Shown in pieces: positions 18,087 through 25,865 of a DNA stretch of 28,641 nt. Position 1 is the stretch's first letter, and each line of letters starts with the position of its first letter. The notes beneath the pieces are model-generated. The model searched no databases and was not told the origin of the DNA. It was given only the letters and a program-made list of their open reading frames with translations. This DNA comes from Puniceicoccales bacterium (lineage in GTDB: Bacteria > Verrucomicrobiota > Verrucomicrobiia > Opitutales > JAIRLG01), in NCBI GenBank assembly GCA_031278595.1, contig JAITKE010000017.1, forward strand, positions 1-28,641, given 5' to 3'. Both the position numbers and the translations under genes were made by a program.

Positions 18087-18202
18087 CTAGGGTACCCATT
18101 TCGTCAGCTCTTGGGTGATGGACTTCGATTGCGTGATCTCCTATGCGATTCCGGGGGCACGGATTCACCGACGATGGAAAACGTATAAAGGGAAAGGGGA
18201 TT

Positions 18203-19325
18203 TTAGTAATGTCTCCAGGGGGACATTTCGCGATACCAGTGCCAGAGGCTTGAAAACTGCAAATTTACTGTATTTTCGTCGCTGCTGTTCTGTACTAGGC
18301 CCAGCTCTTCTTTTCTAGAAAGCAGATTCAAAATGTCGGCAATAGGCTTGGTTTGAGATGGATCGGCGTCTGGCGCGAAGGTAGCTCGCACCATACCCCA
18401 GTCTTGGACGCTCGCCGAGTGAATAGATTCTATCTGTTCTGAGGTCGCTGATGATGACGGATGAAGGTACAAGGTAACGGAGAATCCCCTGCGTGCTCCT
18501 TCGAAGGTGAGCAGCGCCCACAGGTTTTTTTTGATAATCACCTTATAGGAAGAATCTCTCTGGCAGAGAATCCATGGGGCCGGCGCTGACTTGAGCCTTA
18601 TTTCATTTCTCTGCACTGGGGCGGAGTCCATTTGGGGATCAAGGGTAGCCTGAAAGGTGCAAATGGCGATGGGTGACGCAGGTACGGATATTTTTAAGGG
18701 TATTGTTGACGGACTGTCATCGGAAGCCCGAAAGTTCAAACCCACGACGGTGATGTCGAAGTCATAGCAAAGGGTTTGTTGATCCTCTTGAAGGCAGCCA
18801 AGCCGCTGGAGCACATCTCCTAGCTCAGAAATTTGTTGGATTGCGGCCCAAGCTTCCCGTGGAAGCGACGATCCTTGCGACATGGCGAGTAGTTTTTCCT
18901 TAAAGATTACTTTCTGTTCCTGCTGCAGGGAGACGGAAGGGCGTGGTATTTTTCGCTCGGAAGATCGGATGATTGGCTGCGACGAAAGGCCTCGCGTACC
19001 TGCTATAAATACAGGGGAATTCGGAATATCTAATCCTTCGGGAATATTCCATGGTTTTCTATTACTTCCTGCGAAATGTGTGATGGCTATGTTAGGATTA
19101 TTTATGTGAGGAAAGCATATGGTATTCCATTGTCTCGAGTATTAGGATATGGATAACGAGTTCGTCTTCCGCCGCCATGTTCTTGCCTATGCTGTAGGCC
19201 GCCACGCCGATGTATTCGCAGAAACGATTTTTGTCGCAAAAGAAGACGACATGGATCTTTTCCGCCGGCAAACCGAGGACGACCGACAGAAGGAGAAAAG
19301 AGGCAAAAATCTTACGGTACAACAT
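18203..19325 (-). pseudogene. Disrupted GT8-like glycosyltransferase with signal peptide and long unknown C-terminal extension
   Basis: From ATG 19325: MLYRKIFASFLLLSVVLG, then KIHVVFFCDKNRFCEYIGVAAYSIGKN...IHIL (GT8 N-terminus). A second frame, open 19141-18203, reads YSRQWN...NPNIAITHFAGSNRKPW (GT8 C-terminal motif) and continues into the 226-aa ORF. The central DxD region is absent. Confidence 0.7.
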
Positions 19326-19408
19326 AGGACAACGCCCTTTCTTTGTGCTGGGGGGGGAGTCAAGAGCAAATTTGGATGCTTTTTGATATTGGTCGGCAAT
19401 AAAACCAG

Positions 19409-19553
19409 AAGATGTCGTCAAATCAGATAGCAACCTTCTCCTCTTGTTCCACAATTCATCTGATGGGTCGTATCTCCTATGTGTCCTTTTTTCCATGCCC
19501 TCTTTTCTTCCTCTCTTTCTCCCTTTATTAGACTTTTATTTTGACGACGCCCT
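19409..19553 (-). mobile_element. MITE derived from an IS5-family element (copy B, 145 bp)
   Basis: Same ends (AAGATGTCGTCAAATCA ... TTTTGACGACGCCCT-CTAG) and a co-linear interior with copy A, minus a 28-nt segment bounded by caaatca repeats. The minus strand reads MEKRTHRRYDPSDELWNK from ATG 19496. Confidence 0.82.
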
Positions 19554-19649
19554 CTAGGTGGGCGATTTCCGAAGCGGGATTTCCGTCGGCTTTGGCGGGG
19601 ATTTTCTCACAATTTTGCTATTGACGGAAATCACGGGAATTATCTCGCC

Positions 19650-19678
19650 TTGACAATTTAGGAAATCTGTGCTAGCTT
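19650..19678 (+). promoter_or_regulatory. Sigma70-type promoter of the nucleoside-phosphorylase-like gene
   Basis: TTGACA (19650-19655), a 17-nt spacer, then TG-n-TAGCTT extended -10 (19670-19678), about 50 nt upstream of ATG 19728. Confidence 0.65.
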
Positions 19679-19727
19679 ATGCTCCGCCGCAGGGAGTTCA
19701 TGGGGTCGGTCACAAAGCCCAGTTTTC

Positions 19728-21065
19728 ATGGAATCGGAGAGCACTAAGGATCAGGCAGAAAGTCCTCAGCCCTCTTTTCACCTTCTCATCGAAAAGAAGC
19801 GGGACAACGAGGAGCTCAGCGAGGGGGAGATCCGCTATCTGGCCGAATCCATTCTCAAACAGCGCATTTCGGACACGCAGCTGGCCGCCCTGGTCATGGC
19901 CATTTACTTCCGCGGACTTTCCCTGAAGGAAGTCTCTCTCTTTACGGAGGAGATGATGCTATCCGGAGAGGTTTTTGCCCTGCCGAAAATCGCCCGGCCC
20001 AAGATCGACCGCTACGCCACCGGCGGAGTCGGGGACAAGACGGGTCTGGTGCTCATCGCCCTGGCCGCCGCCTGCGGGATCGCCGTCCCGGCCATGCTGG
20101 GGGAGGAGGAGGGCTTCATCATCAGTGATCTGAACAAGCTCAGCGCGATCCCCGGCATTTCGGTCGACCTCAAGCCCGAGCGCTTCGCCAAGCAGGTCCA
20201 CGACGTCGGCTGCGCAATTACGCGGCAGTTCCAGCAGATCACGCCGATCCATCACCTGCTCTTCCGCATCCGGCGGCAGACCGGCACCATCCCGAGCCTA
20301 TCCCTGATGACCTGCAGCCTGCTGAGCAAGAAATTTTCCGAGGGGGCCGAGGGCGTCGTGGTCGATGTCAAATGGGGCAATGGTTCCTACATCCGCGGCT
20401 TCGAGGAAGCGAAGCAGCTGGCCCGCATGATCACCCGCGTCGCCAAGGGCATGAATCGGCGCTGCGTGGCGCTGGTCACGGACATGAATCAGCCGCTGGG
20501 CAATACCGTCGGCACCGGATTGGAAATCCAGGAGATCATCCGCATCCTGCACGGCGAAGTGGATCCCGAGAGCGACGAGCTGATCCTGCGCCTCGGGATG
20601 GAAATGGTTCGGCTCGCCGGGGTCGCCGGCTCGACGCTTTCCGCCAAGCAGATGATCAAGCGCCACCTCTCCGACGGCACCGCCCTGGCCAAGTTCCGCG
20701 AAATGGTCGTAGCCCAGGGCGGGGATGGGAGCTACATCGACGATCCGGACAAATTTCCCAAAGCGTCCCAGGTGCGCCGGTTATCGGCCATGAAGCGCGG
20801 CTACGTCCACACCATCGACGCCGGCCTGATCGCCCGTGGGGTGGAGCTGCTCTCCCGACGGCCGGACAACAGCATCGATCCCTCCGTCGGGGTTTCCGAG
20901 ATCAAGAAGGTCGGCTCCCAGATCAAGCAGGGCGAATCGCTGCTGACGGTGCACTACAACGACGAGACCCATCTCGAAGCGGCCTTGGAATACCTGCGCT
21001 CCGCCCATCGCCTCGCTCCCAAACGTCCCGCCGAAAACGACCTCATCGTCGAACGGGTGGCGTAG
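19728..21065 (+). CDS. Thymidine/pyrimidine-nucleoside phosphorylase family protein (DeoA/Pdp fold, degenerate phosphate-site motifs)
   Basis: LIEKKRD, QLAALVMAIYFRG, TGGVGDK, SLLSKK, VVVDVKWGNG, TDMNQPLG..VG..LEIQE and C-terminal KKVGSQIKQGE..LLTVH. Confidence 0.88.
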   Translation: MESESTKDQAESPQPSFHLLIEKKRDNEELSEGEIRYLAESILKQRISDTQLAALVMAIYFRGLSLKEVSLFTEEMMLSGEVFALPKIARPKIDRYATGGVGDKTGLVLIALAAACGIAVPAMLGEEEGFIISDLNKLSAIPGISVDLKPERFAKQVHDVGCAITRQFQQITPIHHLLFRIRRQTGTIPSLSLMTCSLLSKKFSEGAEGVVVDVKWGNGSYIRGFEEAKQLARMITRVAKGMNRRCVALVTDMNQPLGNTVGTGLEIQEIIRILHGEVDPESDELILRLGMEMVRLAGVAGSTLSAKQMIKRHLSDGTALAKFREMVVAQGGDGSYIDDPDKFPKASQVRRLSAMKRGYVHTIDAGLIARGVELLSRRPDNSIDPSVGVSEIKKVGSQIKQGESLLTVHYNDETHLEAALEYLRSAHRLAPKRPAENDLIVERVA

Positions 21066-21215
21066 GGAGGAGTTGTATTTTCCTCTCGTCTCCTTTCGCT
21101 GTTTTCAAATCTTCTTTCGCTTTTCCGGCAAGTTCTCTCAGGGCGTGGGAGCGGATGGTGCCAGCAGGGTTTCGCCTTCGCTGTCTTTGCAAGCCTCGAT
21201 TCCTGTCTTCGTCCT

Positions 21216-21304
21216 TTCGCCGTCTTTGCAAGCCACAAACCGCAGGTTTGTGGCTTGATGCCCGCGCAAAGCGGGCGATTCCTTCGGAATCCAAAGACGG
21301 CGAA
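21216..21304. repeat. Cloverleaf-type palindromic repeat (left copy of a direct pair)
   Basis: Outer ttcgccgtctttg / caaagacggcgaa; inner caagccacaaacc-gca-ggtttgtggcttg, gcccgc-gcaaa-gcgggc and gattcc-ttc-ggaatc. Confidence 0.9.
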
Positions 21305-21362
21305 TAGAGAAAAAGACAAGAGAGCTAAAGAGCCTCGCAACCTATGAAAGAATTCACATCCT

Positions 21363-22525
21363 CTACTGGCTTCCCGACCAAGATTCAAAGCCCATGACCC
21401 TCACGCCTTTAAATTCAAAATTCTGATCCCCATTATAGAGGACTATGCCTTTAGCTTTCGGCTCTATTTCTCTGTAATACATAATATTCTTTACAAAATT
21501 CTTGTGGAAAGTAGCAGCAGATTTTATCTCGCAGAGAAAATTTCCATCTTTAGATGGTATGAGGCAGTCTATCTCGTGTCCCTTTGCGTCCCTCAGAAAG
21601 TAAATATTCCTTCTCTCTCCATGGTTGTACTGAGATTTCAGGATTTCATTCAAAACAAAATTTTCGAAAATACCCCCATAGGCGAAATGTACTTTGAGAT
21701 CATCAGTGGATCTTATGCCGAGCAAATTACAAAGCACGCCGGTATCATAAAAATACATTTTTGGCATTTTAATCATTTGCTTATTTATGTTCATCGAGTA
21801 CGGATAAATCAAATAGCTTACGTAGTTGGCCTCCAGGATGGACAACCATTGCTTCATGGTGGGAGCCGATAAACCGCAATCATTGCCGAGCGCAGAAAGA
21901 TTCACCACTTGCCCGACTCTGCCGGCGCATAAGGCAAGAAATTGATGCAACGACGACACGTTTTTGATTTGGCGAACGTCCCTTTCTATGTATGTCTGCA
22001 CATAGCCTGCAAAAAAATCTGTCGCCTGTATATTTTCATTGTAGAGCCGCGGGTAACACCCGCCATAGATTATATCCGGCAAATGTGCGGAATAATGATC
22101 GGATATTTCTCTATAACTCAATGGCAAGAGCTCGAGTATTCCGACTCTTCCGGCCAAAGTTTGCGATATTTTTTCGTTCAAAAGGAAATTTTGCGACCCC
22201 GTGAGCAGATATTGACCGGGCTTGTTTCTCTCATCGGCATGGAGCTGAATATAGGAAAAAATTAGGAAAAAATATCCGGAAAATTCTGAACTTCGTCTAA
22301 AATAATTCCATTTTCATGCTGTCTCAAAAAACCATGGGGGTCTTCCGCGATGCGCGACCTTAGAGAAGGATCCTCAAGATTAAAATACCGGACATGAGGA
22401 AATGCCATCTTGGCAAGAGTGGTTTTTCCGGACTGTCGCGGCCCGGTCAAGAAAACCACCGGAAATTTAGTGAATAATTCAATTAACTTCGGTTTTAGAC
22501 AGCGTTCTACTGTTAATTTCATCAT
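21363..22525 (-). pseudogene. AAA_14/DUF4143-family ATP-binding protein frameshifted by an 11-bp duplication
   Basis: The 5' ORF (22262-22525) has GPRQSGKTT and ILDEVQ; the 3' frame has LTGSQN..., SLAG-like TLAGRV, YGGCYP, KMYFYDTG and EID. Removing one taggaaaaaat copy joins them into a single 383-aa ORF. Clearly AT-rich. Confidence 0.9.
22252..22273. repeat. Perfect 11-bp tandem duplication (taggaaaaaat x2)
   Basis: Read directly at 22252-22262 and 22263-22273. Confidence 0.97.
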
Positions 22526-22616
22526 AATATCGTATGCGATTACGATTAATGATTATATTAACCTGAAACGGAATAATTTTAAAGTGCAAATTTGAATTTA
22601 TACTGATTTTTTGCGC

Positions 22617-22703
22617 TTCGCCGTCTTTGCAAGCCACAAACCGTAGGTTTGTGGCTTGGTGCCCGCGAAGCGGGCGATTCCTTCGGAATCCAAAGACGGC
22701 GAA
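22617..22703. repeat. Cloverleaf-type palindromic repeat (right copy of the direct pair)
   Basis: Near-identical to 21216-21304 in the same orientation; differences fall in the loops and a linker (gca/gta, gcaaa/gaa). Confidence 0.9.
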
Positions 22704-22773
22704 TAGGACATCAACAGAGCGAAATTTTTGCCCTGAGCCCCATTTTCGAGCACCGTCTCCATCCGGATGGACG

Positions 22774-22882
22774 GGTTTGCCGCCTTTTGAGCCCGAGGGG
22801 CTCTCGCCCGCTATGCGGGCCGCGACAAGAAAAAATGAAAGCTCTCGCTTTACATTTTTTCTTGTTGCAAAGGCGGCAAACC
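22774..22882. repeat. Cloverleaf-type palindromic repeat (reverse orientation)
   Basis: Outer ggtttgccgccttt / aaaggcggcaaacc; inner gagccc-gag-gggctc, gcccgc-tat-gcgggc and a long arm gcgacaagaaaaaatg...cattttttcttgttgc. Confidence 0.8.
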
Positions 22883-22935
22883 GACAAACTGAACGACCCG
22901 AAAATTTCCCTCTGAATACTTAAAATACCCCCTCC

Positions 22936-23009
22936 TGGCTGCCCGACCAGGATTCGAACCTAGACAAACTGAACCAAAATCAGTTGTGCTACCATTACAC
23001 CATCGGGCA
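22936..23009 (-). tRNA. tRNA-Gln (anticodon TTG)
   Basis: Minus strand TGCCCGATGGTGTAATGGTAGCACAACTGATTTTGGTTCAGTTTGTCTAGGTTCGAATCCTGGTCGGGCAGCCA: 7-bp acceptor stem, anticodon stem ACTGA/TCAGT with TTG, GTTCGAATC T-loop and encoded CCA. Confidence 0.97.
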
Positions 23010-23119
23010 AGTGAAAGCGAGCCGGCGGAGAGTCCTGCCAAAGGCTTGGTAGATATTCAGCCGGAGCTCAGGGAACGGCACCGAAGGAAGTCTCACCCGC
23101 GTGGCAAGCCGAAAGAGAC

Positions 23120-23689
23120 TCAAATGCCCAGCAATTCCTTCTCCTTCTTGGCCAGCAGGTCATCGATTTCTGCGATGGCGTGATCGGTCTGCTTCTGAAT
23201 CTCCTTCTCCAGCCGATTCATTTCATCCTCACCGAGATGGCTCTCCTTCTTCGCCTGTTTTATGGCATTCATGAGCTCCTGCCGCACCGCGCGCACGCCC
23301 ACACGCCCCTCTTCGGCCATGCCGTGGGCCACTTTGACCAGCTCCTTGCGCCGATCGCCGCTCATCTCGGGCACGAGGCAACGGACCAAGGGCCCCGTCG
23401 TCACGGGAGACAGGCCGATGTTCGCCAGCAGAATCGCCTTTTCGATGGGCTGAACCATGCTGCGATCCCAGGGCTGGATCTGAATCGTACGGGCGTCCGG
23501 CACCGTGATCGTGGCGATCTCCCTGAGCTTCAGGCGATTCCCATAGGCCTCGACCGCGAGATTTTCGACCATGGCCGACGTCGCCTTGCCGGTGTGCAGC
23601 GAGTGGAATTCGCCGGCCGCGTGCTCCACCGCCTGCCGCATTTTTTTCTGGGAAGATTCCAAGAAATTGGCATCCATGGTCAACTGCAT
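23120..23689 (-). CDS. frr: Ribosome recycling factor
   Basis: LHTGKAT, VEAYG, IQPWD, IEKAIL, PEMSGDRRKELVK, VRAVR and EIDDLLAKKEKEL; downstream of pyrH. The start could be ATG 23677. Confidence 0.95.
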   Translation of the reverse strand: MQLTMDANFLESSQKKMRQAVEHAAGEFHSLHTGKATSAMVENLAVEAYGNRLKLREIATITVPDARTIQIQPWDRSMVQPIEKAILLANIGLSPVTTGPLVRCLVPEMSGDRRKELVKVAHGMAEEGRVGVRAVRQELMNAIKQAKKESHLGEDEMNRLEKEIQKQTDHAIAEIDDLLAKKEKELLGI

Positions 23690-23695
23690 TGAGGG

Positions 23696-24412
23696 CTATT
23701 GGATGAGTGTCCCGAGGGACTCGCCTCTGGCTGCCCGCAGGATTTGACGCTTCCCCCATTGCATATCGAAGACCCGCACGGGCATTTGGTTCTCCATGCA
23801 CAGCGCAAAGGCCGCCGCGTCCATGATCTGCAGGCCCTTCTGCATCACTTCTGGAAAGGAAACCGTCTCGTACTTCACCGCATCGGGGTACTGGAGTGGA
23901 TCCTTGTCGTAGACCCCATCGACCTTCGTGGCCTTAAAGATAACATCGGCTTCGATTTCCACCGCCCGCAGCGCGGCCGCGGTATCCGTCGAGAACAGTG
24001 GACTGCCCGTACCGCCGGCGAAGAGCAGGATACGCCCCTCCTGCAGGGCTCGTATGGCCTTGTCCTTGCGGAAGAGCTCGGCGATCTGGGGCATTTCGAC
24101 GGCGAGCTGGATCTGAGCCGCCAAGCCATTTTGGCGCAGGGCCCCCTCGATGGCCAAGGCATTGATGACCGTCGAGAGCATGCCCATGTGGTCCCCACGA
24201 ATGCGCTCGATGCCCTGATGCTGCCCCGCCAGGCCTCGGAAGATATTCCCGCCGCCGATCACCAGAGCCACTTCGATCTTCTCCTGATGGAGCTCCTTGA
24301 GCTCATCGGCCAACAGGGTTAGCATTTTGGGATTGAGAATCTCCCCCCGCGCCCCATCGCGCAGAATCTCACCGCTGAGCTTGATCAGAATTCGATGATA
24401 AGGATTAGCCAT
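23696..24412 (-). CDS. pyrH: Uridylate kinase
   Basis: RILIKLSGE, VIGGGNIFRG, GDHMGMLSTVINAL, FSTDTAAALRA, KATKVDGVYDKDP and MDAAAFALC. Start placed at ATG 24412; the ORF track opens at 24454. Confidence 0.96.
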   Translation of the reverse strand: MANPYHRILIKLSGEILRDGARGEILNPKMLTLLADELKELHQEKIEVALVIGGGNIFRGLAGQHQGIERIRGDHMGMLSTVINALAIEGALRQNGLAAQIQLAVEMPQIAELFRKDKAIRALQEGRILLFAGGTGSPLFSTDTAAALRAVEIEADVIFKATKVDGVYDKDPLQYPDAVKYETVSFPEVMQKGLQIMDAAAFALCMENQMPVRVFDMQWGKRQILRAARGESLGTLIQ

Positions 24413-24648
24413 ATGCCTGGGTCGGTATTGTAGGTGGCCGGAATCCGGCGTCAACTCCGAGTTTTCCCATTGGGTAGATTTGTAAAGAGCCGACTCTCAG
24501 TTCCCAAACGACTGGCAAGGTATCTGACGCTATTTCCAGTTCCCGGAGATTGGCAAAACATCTGAGGTTGTTTCCGTTCCCGGGGGTTGGCGAGGCGCCT
24601 GAGGGAATTTCCGGCGTGATCCGCCCAAGCTCGAATGCGGATGCCTTC

Positions 24649-24735
24649 GCTGGCTTTCCAGGGCCCCAATGATAAAATCATTGGGGCCCTGGGGCCCGCA
24701 CAGCGGGCCCGATTTCTCCGAAATCGAAAGCCAGC
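24649..24735. repeat. Cloverleaf-type palindromic repeat (GCTGGCTTT subfamily)
   Basis: Outer gctggcttt / aaagccagc; perfect 16-bp arm ccagggccccaatgat-aaa-atcattggggccctgg; ggcccgc-aca-gcgggcc; cgatttc-tcc-gaaatcg. Confidence 0.88.
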
Positions 24736-24802
24736 CGGCATAGAAGTCTAGTCACTTGATAAATCTAGCCCCCTGATTTTAATTTTGGGGCTACCTTTGT
24801 AG

Positions 24803-24901
24803 TTTTGGGGCTGCCTTTGCGCCGAAGCCCCCGAAGGGGGCTTCGGCGGTGGCCCGCCTCCGGCGGGCCGCGTCCGTCGGAAGCCCAAGGCAGCCCCAAA
24901 A
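24803..24901. repeat. Cloverleaf-type palindromic repeat (GCCTTTG subfamily)
   Basis: Outer ttttggggctgcctt / aaggcagccccaaaa; inner cgccgaagccccc-gaa-gggggcttcggcg and ggcccgcc-tcc-ggcgggcc. The 5' arm is partly duplicated at 24783-24799. Confidence 0.88.
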
Positions 24902-25004
24902 CAACCCTTCGCTATTTTATCCTCTCCACCGGCCGGGGGCTCTTTCACTGCCGGCGATGACTTATGTCGACGAAGACCTTGTCCTTATGTCAATGGTGGC
25001 TTTT

Positions 25005-25865
25005 ATGCCGGCGGTGACTTTGTCCTTCCTGCTGGAACGGGCCGTGCGTTTTCTGCAGGGCCGAGGCGTGGGGTTTGCCCGGGCCGAGGCCGAACACCTG
25101 CTGACCCACGTCCTGGGCTGCCGGCGCTGCGAGCTCCCTCTGCGCCGAGGGGAAAGGGTCGAACGGGCACTGCTGACCGAATTCCTTCCTCTGCTGCGCC
25201 GTCGGGGCCGGCGCGAGCCGCTGGCGTATGTGCTGGGGGAATCTGATTTCCACGAACTTTCGCTGCGCTGTGACCGGCGGGCGCTGATCCCGCGACCCGA
25301 GACGGAGGAGCTGGTCGAATGGCTGCTGGGCCGATGGGAAAAAAATCCTCCGGCCCGGGTGCTGGACCTGGGGACCGGCAGCGGGGCCATCGGCCTCGCC
25401 CTGGCCCGGGCCTTTCCGAGGAGCTGCGTGATGGCCGTCGACCTCGATCCGGCCGCACTGGATTTGGCGAGGGAGAACGCGGAGAGAAATCGAGTGGACA
25501 ATATTCGCTTCGTCCGCTCGGATTGGTTCGAAAAAATCCAGGGCCGCTTCGACCTGATGGTGGCGAACCCGCCCTACCTGACGGCGGAGGAGCTGGAAAG
25601 CGCCGAACCGGAGGTGCGGGATTACGAGCCGAGAAAAGCGCTGGGCGCGGCCGAGGAGGGCCTGGCCGAGCTGCTCCGCATTTTGAGAAGCGCGAAGAAT
25701 TTCATGACCCCTTCGGCCTGGCTGGTGATGGAGATGGGTATCGCCCATGGGGAGGTGCTGAAGAGGGAAGCCGAGAGCTTAGGCTTTGGTTCGGTGCACA
25801 TTCGCCGCGACCTTTCGGGTCGACCGCGCTTTTTCCTGGCGAGCCAGGGGTTGCTGACGTTCTAG
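25005..25865 (+). CDS. prmC: Release-factor glutamine methyltransferase PrmC/HemK
   Basis: RREPLAYVLG, LIPRPETEELV, VLDLGTGSG and NPPY. The start is uncertain: in-frame ATGs at 24957, 24987, 24993 and 25005, with 25005 giving a typical length. Confidence 0.93.
   Translation: MPAVTLSFLLERAVRFLQGRGVGFARAEAEHLLTHVLGCRRCELPLRRGERVERALLTEFLPLLRRRGRREPLAYVLGESDFHELSLRCDRRALIPRPETEELVEWLLGRWEKNPPARVLDLGTGSGAIGLALARAFPRSCVMAVDLDPAALDLARENAERNRVDNIRFVRSDWFEKIQGRFDLMVANPPYLTAEELESAEPEVRDYEPRKALGAAEEGLAELLRILRSAKNFMTPSAWLVMEMGIAHGEVLKREAESLGFGSVHIRRDLSGRPRFFLASQGLLTF

Noticed and set aside
19098-19496. 132-aa ORF as an independent gene
   Set aside because: It is a chimera: the first about 30 codons are the MITE transposase remnant, and from Met58 (19325) it is the GT8 pseudogene N-terminus.
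24451-24741. 96-aa ORF upstream of pyrH as a tsf remnant
   Set aside because: No EF-Ts motifs in any frame that I translated, and the 5' part lies in a cloverleaf repeat.
24849-25004. N-terminal extension of prmC in the ORF track
   Set aside because: It begins within a cloverleaf repeat; HemK similarity starts only near the ATG at 25005.
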